In this document: positions 21,776-30,300 of the stretch, piece by piece | Position numbering within the stretch: the stretch's first letter is position 1 | Layout: each line of letters starts with the position of its first letter | Source of the DNA: a virus | Length of the DNA: 64,000 nucleotides | IMG/VR virus record: IMGVR_UViG_3300050343_000212 | Strand: one strand, 5' to 3' | Notes under the pieces: model-generated | Seen by the model: the letters and a program-made list of their open reading frames with translations, nothing else | Told to the model about the DNA's origin: nothing | Database searches by the model: none | Made by a program: the position numbers and the translations under genes

Positions 21776-22608
21776 TTAATTAAGTCTGCAAATTTGTCTT
21801 TATTCTTCAAGATATACTCTGGGTAATCATCAAGGGGGACAGGTTGATAGTTAGCATAATGTCTACCTAACGGATCCTTATTGTCCTTGACTCCAGCTAC
21901 ATTCTGTTTGATTTGTTCGGTATTTAGTTCTGAGTGTGCAGCACACTCAATTTTCTTCAATACCCTTTCCTCAACAGAGAGACCTTCACTTCCAACATAA
22001 CTCCAGTGCCATCCACCAGGGAAAATTCTGGAGTTCTTTTCTTTCTCCTGTATGCTACGGAGTTCTGACAGGGTATATTTCTCAAGAATAGATCTTCCAA
22101 ATACTTTTGTACCCATCCATCTTGGTCTATCCCCATAGTCCCAGTCTGGAGTCATACCACGAATTGTACCACTAACTTCCACAAGATTCAAGTATCCCAT
22201 ACAGTTCTCTTGAGCAAAATGGAAGATGACATTCTGTTCAAAGTATTCTCTTATGTCTTTGATTGCCTCTGGATTAGGAACCTCATCAATATCACTCCAA
22301 ATAATAATGTCATCTTCAGATGAGTTTTCCAATACTACATCCTTGATCTTGTCTTTCTGAAATACATCCCTCTGATATGGATGAAGATCTGAGGAGGTTG
22401 TGTCCTCAACAATGTTGTGGATAATCTTATGGCTAAACTTAGAGAACCTTTCCTTATTCTCACTATAGAAGAGAGGTTTGTCTATCCCAGAGAAGGTTTT
22501 GGTTGCCTCACTGATGATAAAATAATCAACATAGGGATCCAGAACATTCAACCTTATTTCTAGGATATCCAGTTCATTGAAGAATGGAAATACGTCAATT
22601 ACTTTCAT
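21772..22608 (-). CDS. glycosyltransferase family 17 (beta-1,4-GlcNAc transferase-like)
   Basis: FPFFNELDILEIRL, VDYFIISEA, SDIDEVP, GGWHWS. Confidence 0.88.
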   Translation of the reverse strand: MKVIDVFPFFNELDILEIRLNVLDPYVDYFIISEATKTFSGIDKPLFYSENKERFSKFSHKIIHNIVEDTTSSDLHPYQRDVFQKDKIKDVVLENSSEDDIIIWSDIDEVPNPEAIKDIREYFEQNVIFHFAQENCMGYLNLVEVSGTIRGMTPDWDYGDRPRWMGTKVFGRSILEKYTLSELRSIQEKEKNSRIFPGGWHWSYVGSEGLSVEERVLKKIECAAHSELNTEQIKQNVAGVKDNKDPLGRHYANYQPVPLDDYPEYILKNKDKFADLIK

Positions 22609-23452
22609 AACTCTTCTTCATTTCATTAAATACTTTTCTGATTCCGGCATCAATAGTGGTCTTGGGGACCCACCAGTTTAAAATATAAGTGTCTGCCTCA
22701 TTTCTTTTGTCCATCTGAACACTGTCTTTAGCCAGTCCAGAGTCAATCTTTACATCATGTCTATCAATTAATCCAAAACAACCCTGAATAATATTAGCAA
22801 TCTCTCTAACAGTATTAGAGTGGAATGATGTAATGTGAAGTGGATCTTCTGGTTTGAAGTCAGTATAGTTTTCCATGATGGTCTCTAGAGCCTCACAGCA
22901 ATCCTCAGCGTAGAGGAATTGACGCTCTTCTGTACCATCTGTCATCATCTCAAATTGTTTTTCTTCAAATCCTTTACGAATAAAGTCAGTGATCACATGT
23001 GCCTTATCCATGTCTTTCTCAATACCATACACATTCCAGAACTTGACAGTTAGTCCTTTCAGTGCTGTAGTGTGAAGTTCACCCATTCTTTTAGCAACAC
23101 CATATGGTGAGTGACTCATATTGCTCATTTGAGAAGAAGCGAAGATAAATCTCTTATTGAACTTCTTCAGTAATTTAAAGGTGTTCGCCATCATACGAGT
23201 ATTATTGTTGACAAAGTCAAACGTATGTTGATACTTCTTCAAGTAACGTGAACCACCTACATCAAAAGCAAGAAAGAATACAAAATCAGCATACTGAATT
23301 GCATTCTCTACCACAGTGTTAGGTGTCACTCTCAAATCATATTGAACACCATTTACAATATCAACATTGCTTACATGATGTCCTTTGTCTTTTAGGTACT
23401 CAGATAGATAAGCACCGATCTGACCAGCAGATCCTAGGATTGTAATATTCAT
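22595..23452 (-). CDS. NAD-dependent nucleotide-sugar epimerase/dehydratase
   Basis: GSAGQIG, FASS, YGVAK, NVYG. Confidence 0.88.
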   Translation of the reverse strand: MNITILGSAGQIGAYLSEYLKDKGHHVSNVDIVNGVQYDLRVTPNTVVENAIQYADFVFFLAFDVGGSRYLKKYQHTFDFVNNNTRMMANTFKLLKKFNKRFIFASSQMSNMSHSPYGVAKRMGELHTTALKGLTVKFWNVYGIEKDMDKAHVITDFIRKGFEEKQFEMMTDGTEERQFLYAEDCCEALETIMENYTDFKPEDPLHITSFHSNTVREIANIIQGCFGLIDRHDVKIDSGLAKDSVQMDKRNEADTYILNWWVPKTTIDAGIRKVFNEMKKSYESN

Positions 23453-24159
23453 ACTCCTTTTAACAAAACGTCACCACCGTCGGCGTCACCACATCTCCAG
23501 TTATGCTCAAGAACATAGTTGGGAAGAAGTGATTGGATTTCCGCAAGACCTGCACAACCTTCATACATCTCCTCATCATAATACTCTGTATAGACATAGT
23601 CAATGTTGGAAATCATTCTTTGAGAACCTTTAAGGACTTCTCTTTCAGCTCCTTGAGTATCCATCCAAAGAAAATCAATATGATCAATACCATTCTCTTC
23701 ACAAAAGATATCAATAGAGGTACATTCTGTCTCTACAGTTTCCTCAAAAACAGTCTTCGGCCATCGGCTACCATATTTATCACTCTGCAAATGAGTGACT
23801 GGTCGGTGAATTGAACCAGAGTATCTACCAATATTCTCACCACCGTCTGGCCAACCTACATCCCTAGACCTATTAAAGGTAAGAGTTCCTTTATGATCAC
23901 ACATCGCATAAGGATGGAAGATGTGCCTCTTATCAGTCACGAGTTGATCGTTATTGCCACCCATGGCATCAGTTTGTCCAAGTTCAGTAAGAGCACGAAT
24001 ATTGATAGGTTCTGGGTCAAAACTATAAATGGTCAACTCCTCACCAAAAGTGTTCAAGAAAGTCTTAGTGTCCCTACCATCTGCACATCCAACCTCAAAG
24101 ATGATGACCTTTTCCCTTGATCCCATCAAGTTTTTAATTTGTGTATGTGTAATAGCCAT
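23449..24159 (-). CDS. FkbM family methyltransferase
   Basis: FEVGCADG, SFDPEP, IDFLWMDTQGAE. Confidence 0.88.
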   Translation of the reverse strand: MAITHTQIKNLMGSREKVIIFEVGCADGRDTKTFLNTFGEELTIYSFDPEPINIRALTELGQTDAMGGNNDQLVTDKRHIFHPYAMCDHKGTLTFNRSRDVGWPDGGENIGRYSGSIHRPVTHLQSDKYGSRWPKTVFEETVETECTSIDIFCEENGIDHIDFLWMDTQGAEREVLKGSQRMISNIDYVYTEYYDEEMYEGCAGLAEIQSLLPNYVLEHNWRCGDADGGDVLLKGV

Positions 24160-24195
24160 GATAATCCTCAGTTAATTAAATCTTTTTAGATAGTT

Positions 24196-24783
24196 TCATT
24201 CAACGTGTCTAATTGCCATCATAGAGTCATCGAATCTTCCACTAACATCCCTCAAGTCATGGAAGACATAGGTGTACTCTTCAGGGAGAGCCGATTTAAG
24301 CATTCCATAAGGATCTTTGATGTGTCCTTCCAAAGGCCATCCATGTTGAATGTCTTCAATAACATAAAGACCACCCTTTTTAAGTAGTGGTAAGTAAAGT
24401 TCCATAGCCTTTATTTGATGATCTGTCCAGTGATTACCATCATCTATGATGATATCAAACTTAGGAAGTTTGTCTACCATTTCCTGTGTATACGCATCAC
24501 CAAAGTGATATTCCACACCTGGAATCGACCTATTAACCTGTTCAACTACCTCAGGTCTATTATCAATACCGACAATAGTCTTAGCGTTTTTGAAATACTC
24601 TCTCCAAAGTCTCAGTGAATATCCCCCACTGATTCCAATCTCTAGGACTGAGACTTTCTTATCCCTGTATGGTTCAAATGCTTCCTCATAGAAGTAATCA
24701 ACATAACAATGTGTAGAGTTTTTATCGGTTCCACCACCGGAAAACTCCAGATTGTTCTGGAGTATAACGTCTTTTATTTTCAT
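24196..24783 (-). CDS. class I SAM-dependent (sugar O-)methyltransferase
   Basis: TDK, VLEIG..GYSL, FDIIIDDGNH, GGLYVIED. Confidence 0.85.
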   Translation of the reverse strand: MKIKDVILQNNLEFSGGGTDKNSTHCYVDYFYEEAFEPYRDKKVSVLEIGISGGYSLRLWREYFKNAKTIVGIDNRPEVVEQVNRSIPGVEYHFGDAYTQEMVDKLPKFDIIIDDGNHWTDHQIKAMELYLPLLKKGGLYVIEDIQHGWPLEGHIKDPYGMLKSALPEEYTYVFHDLRDVSGRFDDSMMAIRHVE

Positions 24784-25826
24784 GAGTTAATTTGTTTTTG
24801 AATCCATTCGTATGTTTTACGGATACCCTCTTCAAGGGTTTGACTATAATTCCAGTCAAGTTTCTCACGAATAAGATCATTGTTGGAGTTACGACCACGA
24901 ACACCCAGAGGAGCATCCAGTTTATACATCTTCTTAACAACTTTACCAGAAACTTTAGCAGTTGTCTCTACTAGTTGATTAATAGTAACCATCTCTTCAG
25001 ATCCAATATTAACAGGACCCATGAAGTCACTATCCATCAGTCGTCGAGTTGCTTCAATGCATTCGTCAATGAACAGGAAGGAACGAGTTTGTAAGCCATC
25101 TCCCCACACCTCGATAGCTCCACCGACCTCCGGGAGGTAAGCGACCTTACGGCAGATTGCAGCTGGTGCTTTCTCTCTTCCACCGTCCCAGGTCCCTTCA
25201 GGACCAAAGATGTTGTGATAGCGAGCAACCCTAACAGGAATGCCGTGGTTGCGATTGTAAGCAAATAGAGACGCTCAGCTGAAGAGTTTCTCCCATCCAT
25301 ATTCCGAGTCTGGTGCTGCTGGATATGCTGATTCTTCACGACAGTCAGGGTTGTTTGGGTCAAGTTGATTATGCTCTGGATACATACACGCTGATCCAGA
25401 ATAGAAAATCTTAGTCTTATTTAACTCAACCTTCTCATTTAACTTACGTTGTTCTTCTAAAACATTCAGATTGATTGTCACTGAGTTGTGCATAATATCT
25501 GCATCATTCTCACCAGTGAATACGAAACCAGCACCACCCATATCAGCAGCGAACTGGTAGATCTCATCAAAGGATTCAATCAGTTTATCGGGAACACTAT
25601 TGTAGAAGTTTCCACGATATCCCCTGAATTGAAGAGCACGGCGAACAAAATCTACTTCACGAAGATCACCGAGGATGAACTCATGAGATTCTGAAGAGGA
25701 AAACTCAGGGCGTTTTAAATCGACACCACGGACCCAATACCCCTCATCACGGAGACGTTTGACCATGTGACTACCAATAAAACCACCCGCACCGAGAACC
25801 AGTGCGGTTTTTGTATATTCACTCAT
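24780..25826 (-). CDS. GDP-mannose 3,5-epimerase-like extended SDR (frameshifted)
   Basis: GAGGFIGSH, AADMGGAGF, YSGSACMYPE, AYPAAPDSEYGWEKLFSER, WGDGLQTRSFLFIDEC. Confidence 0.85.
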
Positions 25827-25865
25827 TTTGATAATTTGTCTTTTACTATTTTATATGTCTAGGTC

Positions 25866-26138
25866 TTAGATGTCAATTTTCCTGACACCATCTGGTCCTT
25901 TACTACAATGTTGAGTAATGGCTGGGATCTTATTCAATGCATCTACCAGAACATCAACTCTACTATCACCACCACTAGACTTCTTAGCAGCAGGAGCAGC
26001 ATGTTTGTGGGAAGCCACTTCTTTTTTCAGTTCAACAATAGCTGCTTCAAGGGCTTGAAGTCTACCTTCAACTTCGACATCATATTTCGACATGGAAGCA
26101 CCACTAGCGGACTTACCCGCAGTTCCTTTGTAAGACAT
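25866..26138 (-). CDS. hypothetical protein
   Basis: ORF downstream of a terminator and late-type promoter. Confidence 0.65.
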   Translation of the reverse strand: MSYKGTAGKSASGASMSKYDVEVEGRLQALEAAIVELKKEVASHKHAAPAAKKSSGGDSRVDVLVDALNKIPAITQHCSKGPDGVRKIDI

Positions 26139-26163
26139 ATTTTCAGTAATAATTATACGACCC

Positions 26164-26196
26164 TATTTATGAAAAAAGGACGGGGGTAACCCGTCC
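26164..26196 (-). terminator. intrinsic terminator followed by late-type promoter CATAAATA
   Basis: GGACGGG-TTAC-CCCCGTCC plus T6, then CATAAATA at 26164-71. Confidence 0.75.
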
Positions 26197-26245
26197 TGAA
26201 GAGGTCTTGCATGCACGCCACTTGTTCTTTAGAGAAACAAGAAAC

Positions 26246-26952
26246 TCATTGGGTTGTATCCCGACCAGTGCTGTTAGAGTCCATCCGTGACTTAATAAGA
26301 TCAATCCTTGCTCTTAAATTTACTTCAGAATCTCTTTGAAGATGTCCATAAAACATATCCATATGAGTTTCAACCGTCTTCCATCCATGATACTTTTTAT
26401 GAGATCTTACCTTCATATAGTAATCATGGAGTAGAAGTTTGGCATCATATACCGTCATCCACTCATGTATAAGAGTTAGGTTGATGGCATCTTGTTCCAT
26501 TTAAGTTGATGATACAGAATCTCTTACATAACAAGAAACACCTTCTGGGTCTAACCATTTAGTGTAGTCAAAATCTTCCATAGCCAATGCTATTTGCATT
26601 CCATTATCACAGAGGTACATATCGCGATATCGTTTTGTATAACTATCAGCTTTCTGAATACGAAAGTCTGGGAACCCATTCTCTAGGGTTCCACATTCAA
26701 CATAACGATAGGGGAAACGTTCGTTAAGAATTCTCACTGCACTACCTCCGAAGTTTCAAGATCTTCAGCGATACAATCAATCAGGATATCATAGTCATCA
26801 AGTGGATCACCAGAAAACTCAACACCATTGTTCTGATAAAATTTACGGATCTTCTTGTAAAGTTTCGGATTCTTTACATCGAGATAGAAATCACCACCGA
26901 CAGCAGATCGGAGAGTGCTGATATCTTTCTTGAACTTGGAAGTAATAGTCAT
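26246..26952 (-). CDS. three small hypothetical proteins (26246-26500, 26501-26737, 26734-26952)
   Basis: Abutting or overlapping ORFs downstream of TTGACC-17-TATAAT (26975-27003). Confidence 0.65.
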
Positions 26953-27016
26953 CTTCTGTATGGATTACTCTGTAATTATAGAGGGTATGATCTCATAGGT
27001 CAAGGGGCCAGTCAAG

Positions 27017-27089
27017 TGCTTCCTGTGAGGATCGAACTCACCTTAGGCAAATTATGAGTTTGCTGCATTCACCAGATTGCTAAGGACCC
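27017..27089 (-). tRNA. tRNA with CAT anticodon (Met or Ile2), imperfect acceptor stem
   Basis: Anticodon arm GCAAA-CTCATAA-TTTGC; T arm GTGAG-TTCGATC-CTCAC; acceptor GGGTCCT/AGGAAGC has two mismatches. Confidence 0.75.
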
Positions 27090-27095
27090 CCAAGG

Positions 27096-27167
27096 TAGGA
27101 CTGCTGGGAATTGAACCCAGTTTACGCCCTTATAAGGAGCGAGCATTAACCAATATGCGACAGTCCC
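27096..27167 (-). tRNA. tRNA-Ile(TAT)
   Basis: Acceptor GGGACTG/CAGTCCT; anticodon loop CTTATAA; T loop TTCAATT. Confidence 0.88.
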
Positions 27168-27341
27168 TCAGGATCCTTCGTTGTTCTGTTCTGTGTATAT
27201 GCGTATGAGTTCATCATCCGCCGGAACCATCACTGCCTTTTCCCCTTTGTCATTCTCTATACCTATTGTCTCTCCATTTTCAACTCTTTCCATAAGAGTT
27301 TCCCAATTCTCTTGCCAGTATTTCACTGAATAAAATTTCAT
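27168..27341 (-). CDS. small hypothetical protein (57 aa)
   Basis: MKFYSVKYWQENWETLMERVENGETIGIEN, read by hand. Confidence 0.65.
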   Translation of the reverse strand: MKFYSVKYWQENWETLMERVENGETIGIENDKGEKAVMVPADDELIRIYTEQNNEGS

Positions 27342-27403
27342 AGTTGATTATATGTATAAAAGAATCATACTTCAGATTATCTAAACTGAGATAACTTCTG
27401 TGA

Positions 27404-27475
27404 TGGGAGATACAAGGATCGAACTTGTGACAATCTCGGTGTAAACGAGGTGCTCTACCTCTGAGCTAATCTCCC
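27404..27475 (-). tRNA. tRNA-Val(TAC)
   Basis: Acceptor GGGAGAT/ATCTCCC; anticodon loop TTTACAC. Confidence 0.93.
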
Positions 27476-27906
27476 TAGTAGTCTGTCATCAACACACCAT
27501 TTAGATGATCAATCTCATGTTGAACAACACGAGATTCCCATGATTTGAGTTTCCACTTTTTATACTTACCGCTCAAATCTTGAAACTTGACTGATATCTT
27601 TATTGGTCTAGTCAAATCAAAGTACATACCAGGAATGCTGAGACAACCTTCCTGAAGATTACAAGTGTTTATGGAATGCCACTTAATAACAGGATTAATC
27701 ATTTCTTGGGTTTTATTATCCAAAAGTTTAACAACAATCACTCTGATATTCTTACCAACTTGAGGAGCTGATAGACCCATACCATCAGCATGAATCATAG
27801 TTTCTTTCATATCTTCGATTAACTTTCTAACCTCATCAGTCAGAATAACAGGACAAGATTCTTTTCTTAGTATCTCATCACCATCTTTTAGTATCTCTAA
27901 AATCAT
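27475..27906 (-). CDS. def: peptide deformylase (short, no C-terminal helix)
   Basis: GMGLSAPQVG, EGCLS, QHEIDHLNG. Confidence 0.96.
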   Translation of the reverse strand: MILEILKDGDEILRKESCPVILTDEVRKLIEDMKETMIHADGMGLSAPQVGKNIRVIVVKLLDNKTQEMINPVIKWHSINTCNLQEGCLSIPGMYFDLTRPIKISVKFQDLSGKYKKWKLKSWESRVVQHEIDHLNGVLMTDY

Positions 27907-28574
27907 TACTCTTCATCTGGTTGAGATACCCTATGAGTAACTTCTGCCCAATCTTTATCAAAGATCTCAAGACCTTTATCAGTTAGTATATGATCATACA
28001 TTTTCTTAAAGATTTCAGGAGGCATTGTCACTACCTGAGCTCCATTATAATAAGACCTAACAACCCTCTGAACACTACGAATTGAAGCTGACAGAACCTG
28101 AGTTTTCATACCATGAATACGATACAACTCAGAAATAGACCTGACTACTTCAAGACCAGCGACGGATTGATCATCCAATCTACCTATGAAAGGAGAGACA
28201 TACTTAGCTCCAGCCTTAGCTGCTAAGATTGCCTGAGCCGCTGAGAAGATCAGTGTGACATTCACATTGATACCCTCTTTAGAAAGGTAATTACAAGCCA
28301 TCAAACCATCTTCAGTACAAGGTACTTTAATGGTAGCTACAGAACCAAAACGATTATAGAGTCTCTGACCCTCCTTTACCATCTCATTAAAGTCACCTAC
28401 GACTTCCATACTGATATCTTTGATGCCAATATCTTTGATTGTCTCGTAGACATCAACAGGACTTTTACCACTCTTCATGATGAGAGTAGGATTAGTAGTG
28501 ACTCCATCAATCAAACCAGTATTATAACACTGACGAATGATACCTGTATCAGCAGTATCTAAAAAGATTTTCAT
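27906..28574 (-). CDS. talC: transaldolase family protein (TalC/FSA type)
   Basis: MKIFLDTA, GVTTNPTL, IKVP, VNVTLIFS, YVSPFIGR; late promoter TATAAATA at 28603-10. Confidence 0.96.
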   Translation of the reverse strand: MKIFLDTADTGIIRQCYNTGLIDGVTTNPTLIMKSGKSPVDVYETIKDIGIKDISMEVVGDFNEMVKEGQRLYNRFGSVATIKVPCTEDGLMACNYLSKEGINVNVTLIFSAAQAILAAKAGAKYVSPFIGRLDDQSVAGLEVVRSISELYRIHGMKTQVLSASIRSVQRVVRSYYNGAQVVTMPPEIFKKMYDHILTDKGLEIFDKDWAEVTHRVSQPDEE

Positions 28575-28679
28575 TGAAACTTGGAACTGAATAGATGAGT
28601 AATATTTATAGCAAGTGGTGGGGAGTGATAACACTCCCCAGACCTCTTCACACGGAAGGGAAATTCGGGATTAACCCGA

Positions 28680-28751
28680 AGCCTCTGACAAGATTTGAAC
28701 TTGCGACCTGAGCTTTACAAAAGCCCTGCTCTACCACTGAGCTACGGAGGC
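28680..28751 (-). tRNA. tRNA-Thr(TGT)
   Basis: Acceptor GCCTCCG/CAGAGGC; anticodon loop TTTGTAA. Confidence 0.92.
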
Positions 28752-28906
28752 ATACACTATACTTATCCGTATGCTATATGGGCGTCACACCCAGTATACT
28801 GACAGTTTATAATGAAGTAGGACAGGAACCCTTCCTGAACATCCAAAGGGGGTTAATTCCACCAAGTATTAGTGGCACCTTTGGTTGGAACGTCTCAAGT
28901 TCCTAA
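28752..28906 (-). ncRNA. multi-hairpin structured RNA between tRNA-Asn and tRNA-Thr (manA-motif candidate)
   Basis: Five visible stems; manA RNAs are known next to cyanophage tRNAs; not confirmed by covariance model. Confidence 0.45.
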
Positions 28907-28979
28907 CTCCTCCACCTGGACTCGAACCAGGGACAGGGTGATTAACAGTCACCTGCTCTACCAACTGAGCTATAGAGGA
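28907..28979 (-). tRNA. tRNA-Asn(GTT)
   Basis: Acceptor TCCTCTA/TGGAGGA; anticodon arm GGTGA-CTGTTAA-TCACC. Confidence 0.95.
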
Positions 28980-28984
28980 TTGAA

Positions 28985-29058
28985 CGGGTCAGGAGGGATT
29001 CGAACCCCCGACCAACGCATTAGAAGTGCGTGGCTCTATTCCACTGAGCTACTGACCC
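28985..29058 (-). tRNA. tRNA-Arg(TCT)
   Basis: Acceptor GGGTCAG/CTGACCC; anticodon arm ACGCA-CTTCTAA-TGCGT. Confidence 0.95.
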
Positions 29059-29062
29059 AAGA

Positions 29063-29128
29063 GGTAGTTCCTATCGCCGCTAACTCTGAACTACCAAGGG
29101 AGTTACCGCAGTGGTGTCTCAACCACTT
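29063..29128 (-). ncRNA. hairpin plus predicted H-type pseudoknot upstream of tRNA-Arg
   Basis: GGTAGTTC/GAACTACC crossed by TAACTC/GAGTTA and CTGC/GCGG; upstream hairpin AGTGGT-TGAGAC-ACCACT. Confidence 0.5.
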
Positions 29129-29130
29129 CT

Positions 29131-29445
29131 CTAATTTAACAGACCTATTCCCGACTGCCAATAGCCCTCTTGGAATGTCTCGGAACCACCACCAAGTGGT
29201 GGTAGAGGGTCCAATTGAAGAGTGATTGATGCACTCTCTGTGGATATATCATACATCAACTGATGAATGTTCTCTGGTTCTTTACTTACACCCCAAGAAC
29301 CACCAACCCCACCATCCATGTTGACAACAATATCATCTTCTTCTCGAACACTATACAATTTCATATACTCCATTTGTGTTTCTGTCATAATAGGTTCACT
29401 AAACCATTCATCATAGGGACATATCATTGGTGCTGGATAGGTCAT
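29131..29445 (-). CDS. hypothetical protein
   Basis: 104-aa ORF containing DIVVNMDGGVGGSW. Confidence 0.6.
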   Translation of the reverse strand: MTYPAPMICPYDEWFSEPIMTETQMEYMKLYSVREEDDIVVNMDGGVGGSWGVSKEPENIHQLMYDISTESASITLQLDPLPPLGGGSETFQEGYWQSGIGLLN

Positions 29446-29840
29446 GTTTGCCAGTGATAGTGAAAGAAGTTACCTTTTTGATCGCACATTGGATCTTCTG
29501 ATACGACACGATGTGGTAACATTCTTTGTCCTTTAAAGTCAGTCCTATCCCCAATGATTTCATATGCTTGTAGAAGTTTAGAACGACCAAGTTCGGATTT
29601 AAATTCATTTACCAAAGTAGTGGGAGCAACAGGTCTCCAATAATCAAATCCTTGATACTGGCCAGGAGCATATACTACATCAGCAACAGTGTTAGGGTAA
29701 TAGGGAGATCTAACACGATTGAGGATAGACACTGCCACACAGTACTCATCCATGGTATTAGGTCTTGCTTCAACCTTGACCGCTCTTGTTAAGTGGTCAT
29801 AATCGACGGCACTAAGTGCCAGAATCGTTTCCAAAATCAT
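29442..29840 (-). CDS. cell wall hydrolase (SleB-like)
   Basis: EA, VAVSILNRV, YPNTVADVVYAPGQY, GNFFH. Confidence 0.82.
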   Translation of the reverse strand: MILETILALSAVDYDHLTRAVKVEARPNTMDEYCVAVSILNRVRSPYYPNTVADVVYAPGQYQGFDYWRPVAPTTLVNEFKSELGRSKLLQAYEIIGDRTDFKGQRMLPHRVVSEDPMCDQKGNFFHYHWQT

Positions 29841-30170
29841 AGTAATCTTTTCTATAGTACCTACCTAGGACATTGCTATTGTAGTAGGCAGGGGTTCCAT
29901 CTGTCAAGCCCTCTGTCAACACATTATTCAAAAACAACTGACGGGTCTCTTCATAGTTCACTTTCCCAGGCGTTTTGTGTAGACTCAGTATAGTTCTCCT
30001 AAAGGAATCCCTTCCGAACTCCAAAAATACTTTCTCCCAATGTATTGTCGTTGGTTTGTGAGATTGGTAATGTTATAAACAAAACCGTGAAAGTCCCGAA
30101 TAAGGCTCCCGTCAAACAGGCTGCCAAATATCTCCAGGGATTGGGGTACTCATATCGTACTCTTGATTTT
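29812..30170 (-). CDS. GIY-YIG family endonuclease-like protein (frameshifted, apparently internally deleted)
   Basis: Alternative frame reads GFVYNITNLTNQRQYIGRKYFW; C-terminus RTILSLHKT..YYNSNVLGRY. Confidence 0.65.
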
Positions 30171-30300
30171 CTTCCACATGATAAATTTTCATGTACCATA
30201 TTTAGTGGCTCCTCATGGAACCACCAATCATCGTATACTTTTTTGCTTTCACTGGGGGAGTAAGAGGTTCAATCTTCCTCCATTTCCCACCAGATAATCT

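Noticed and set aside
27006-27019. Sixth copy of the palindromic box (GGCCAGTC-AAGTGC)
   Set aside because: No 4-nt spacer and only 25 nt from the -10; not counted
29063-29128. HDV-like/theta, twister or hammerhead ribozyme assignment
   Set aside because: No room for P3/L3 between the P2 and P1 strands; twister and hammerhead cores are absent; theta ribozymes sit 3' of tRNAs, this element is 5'
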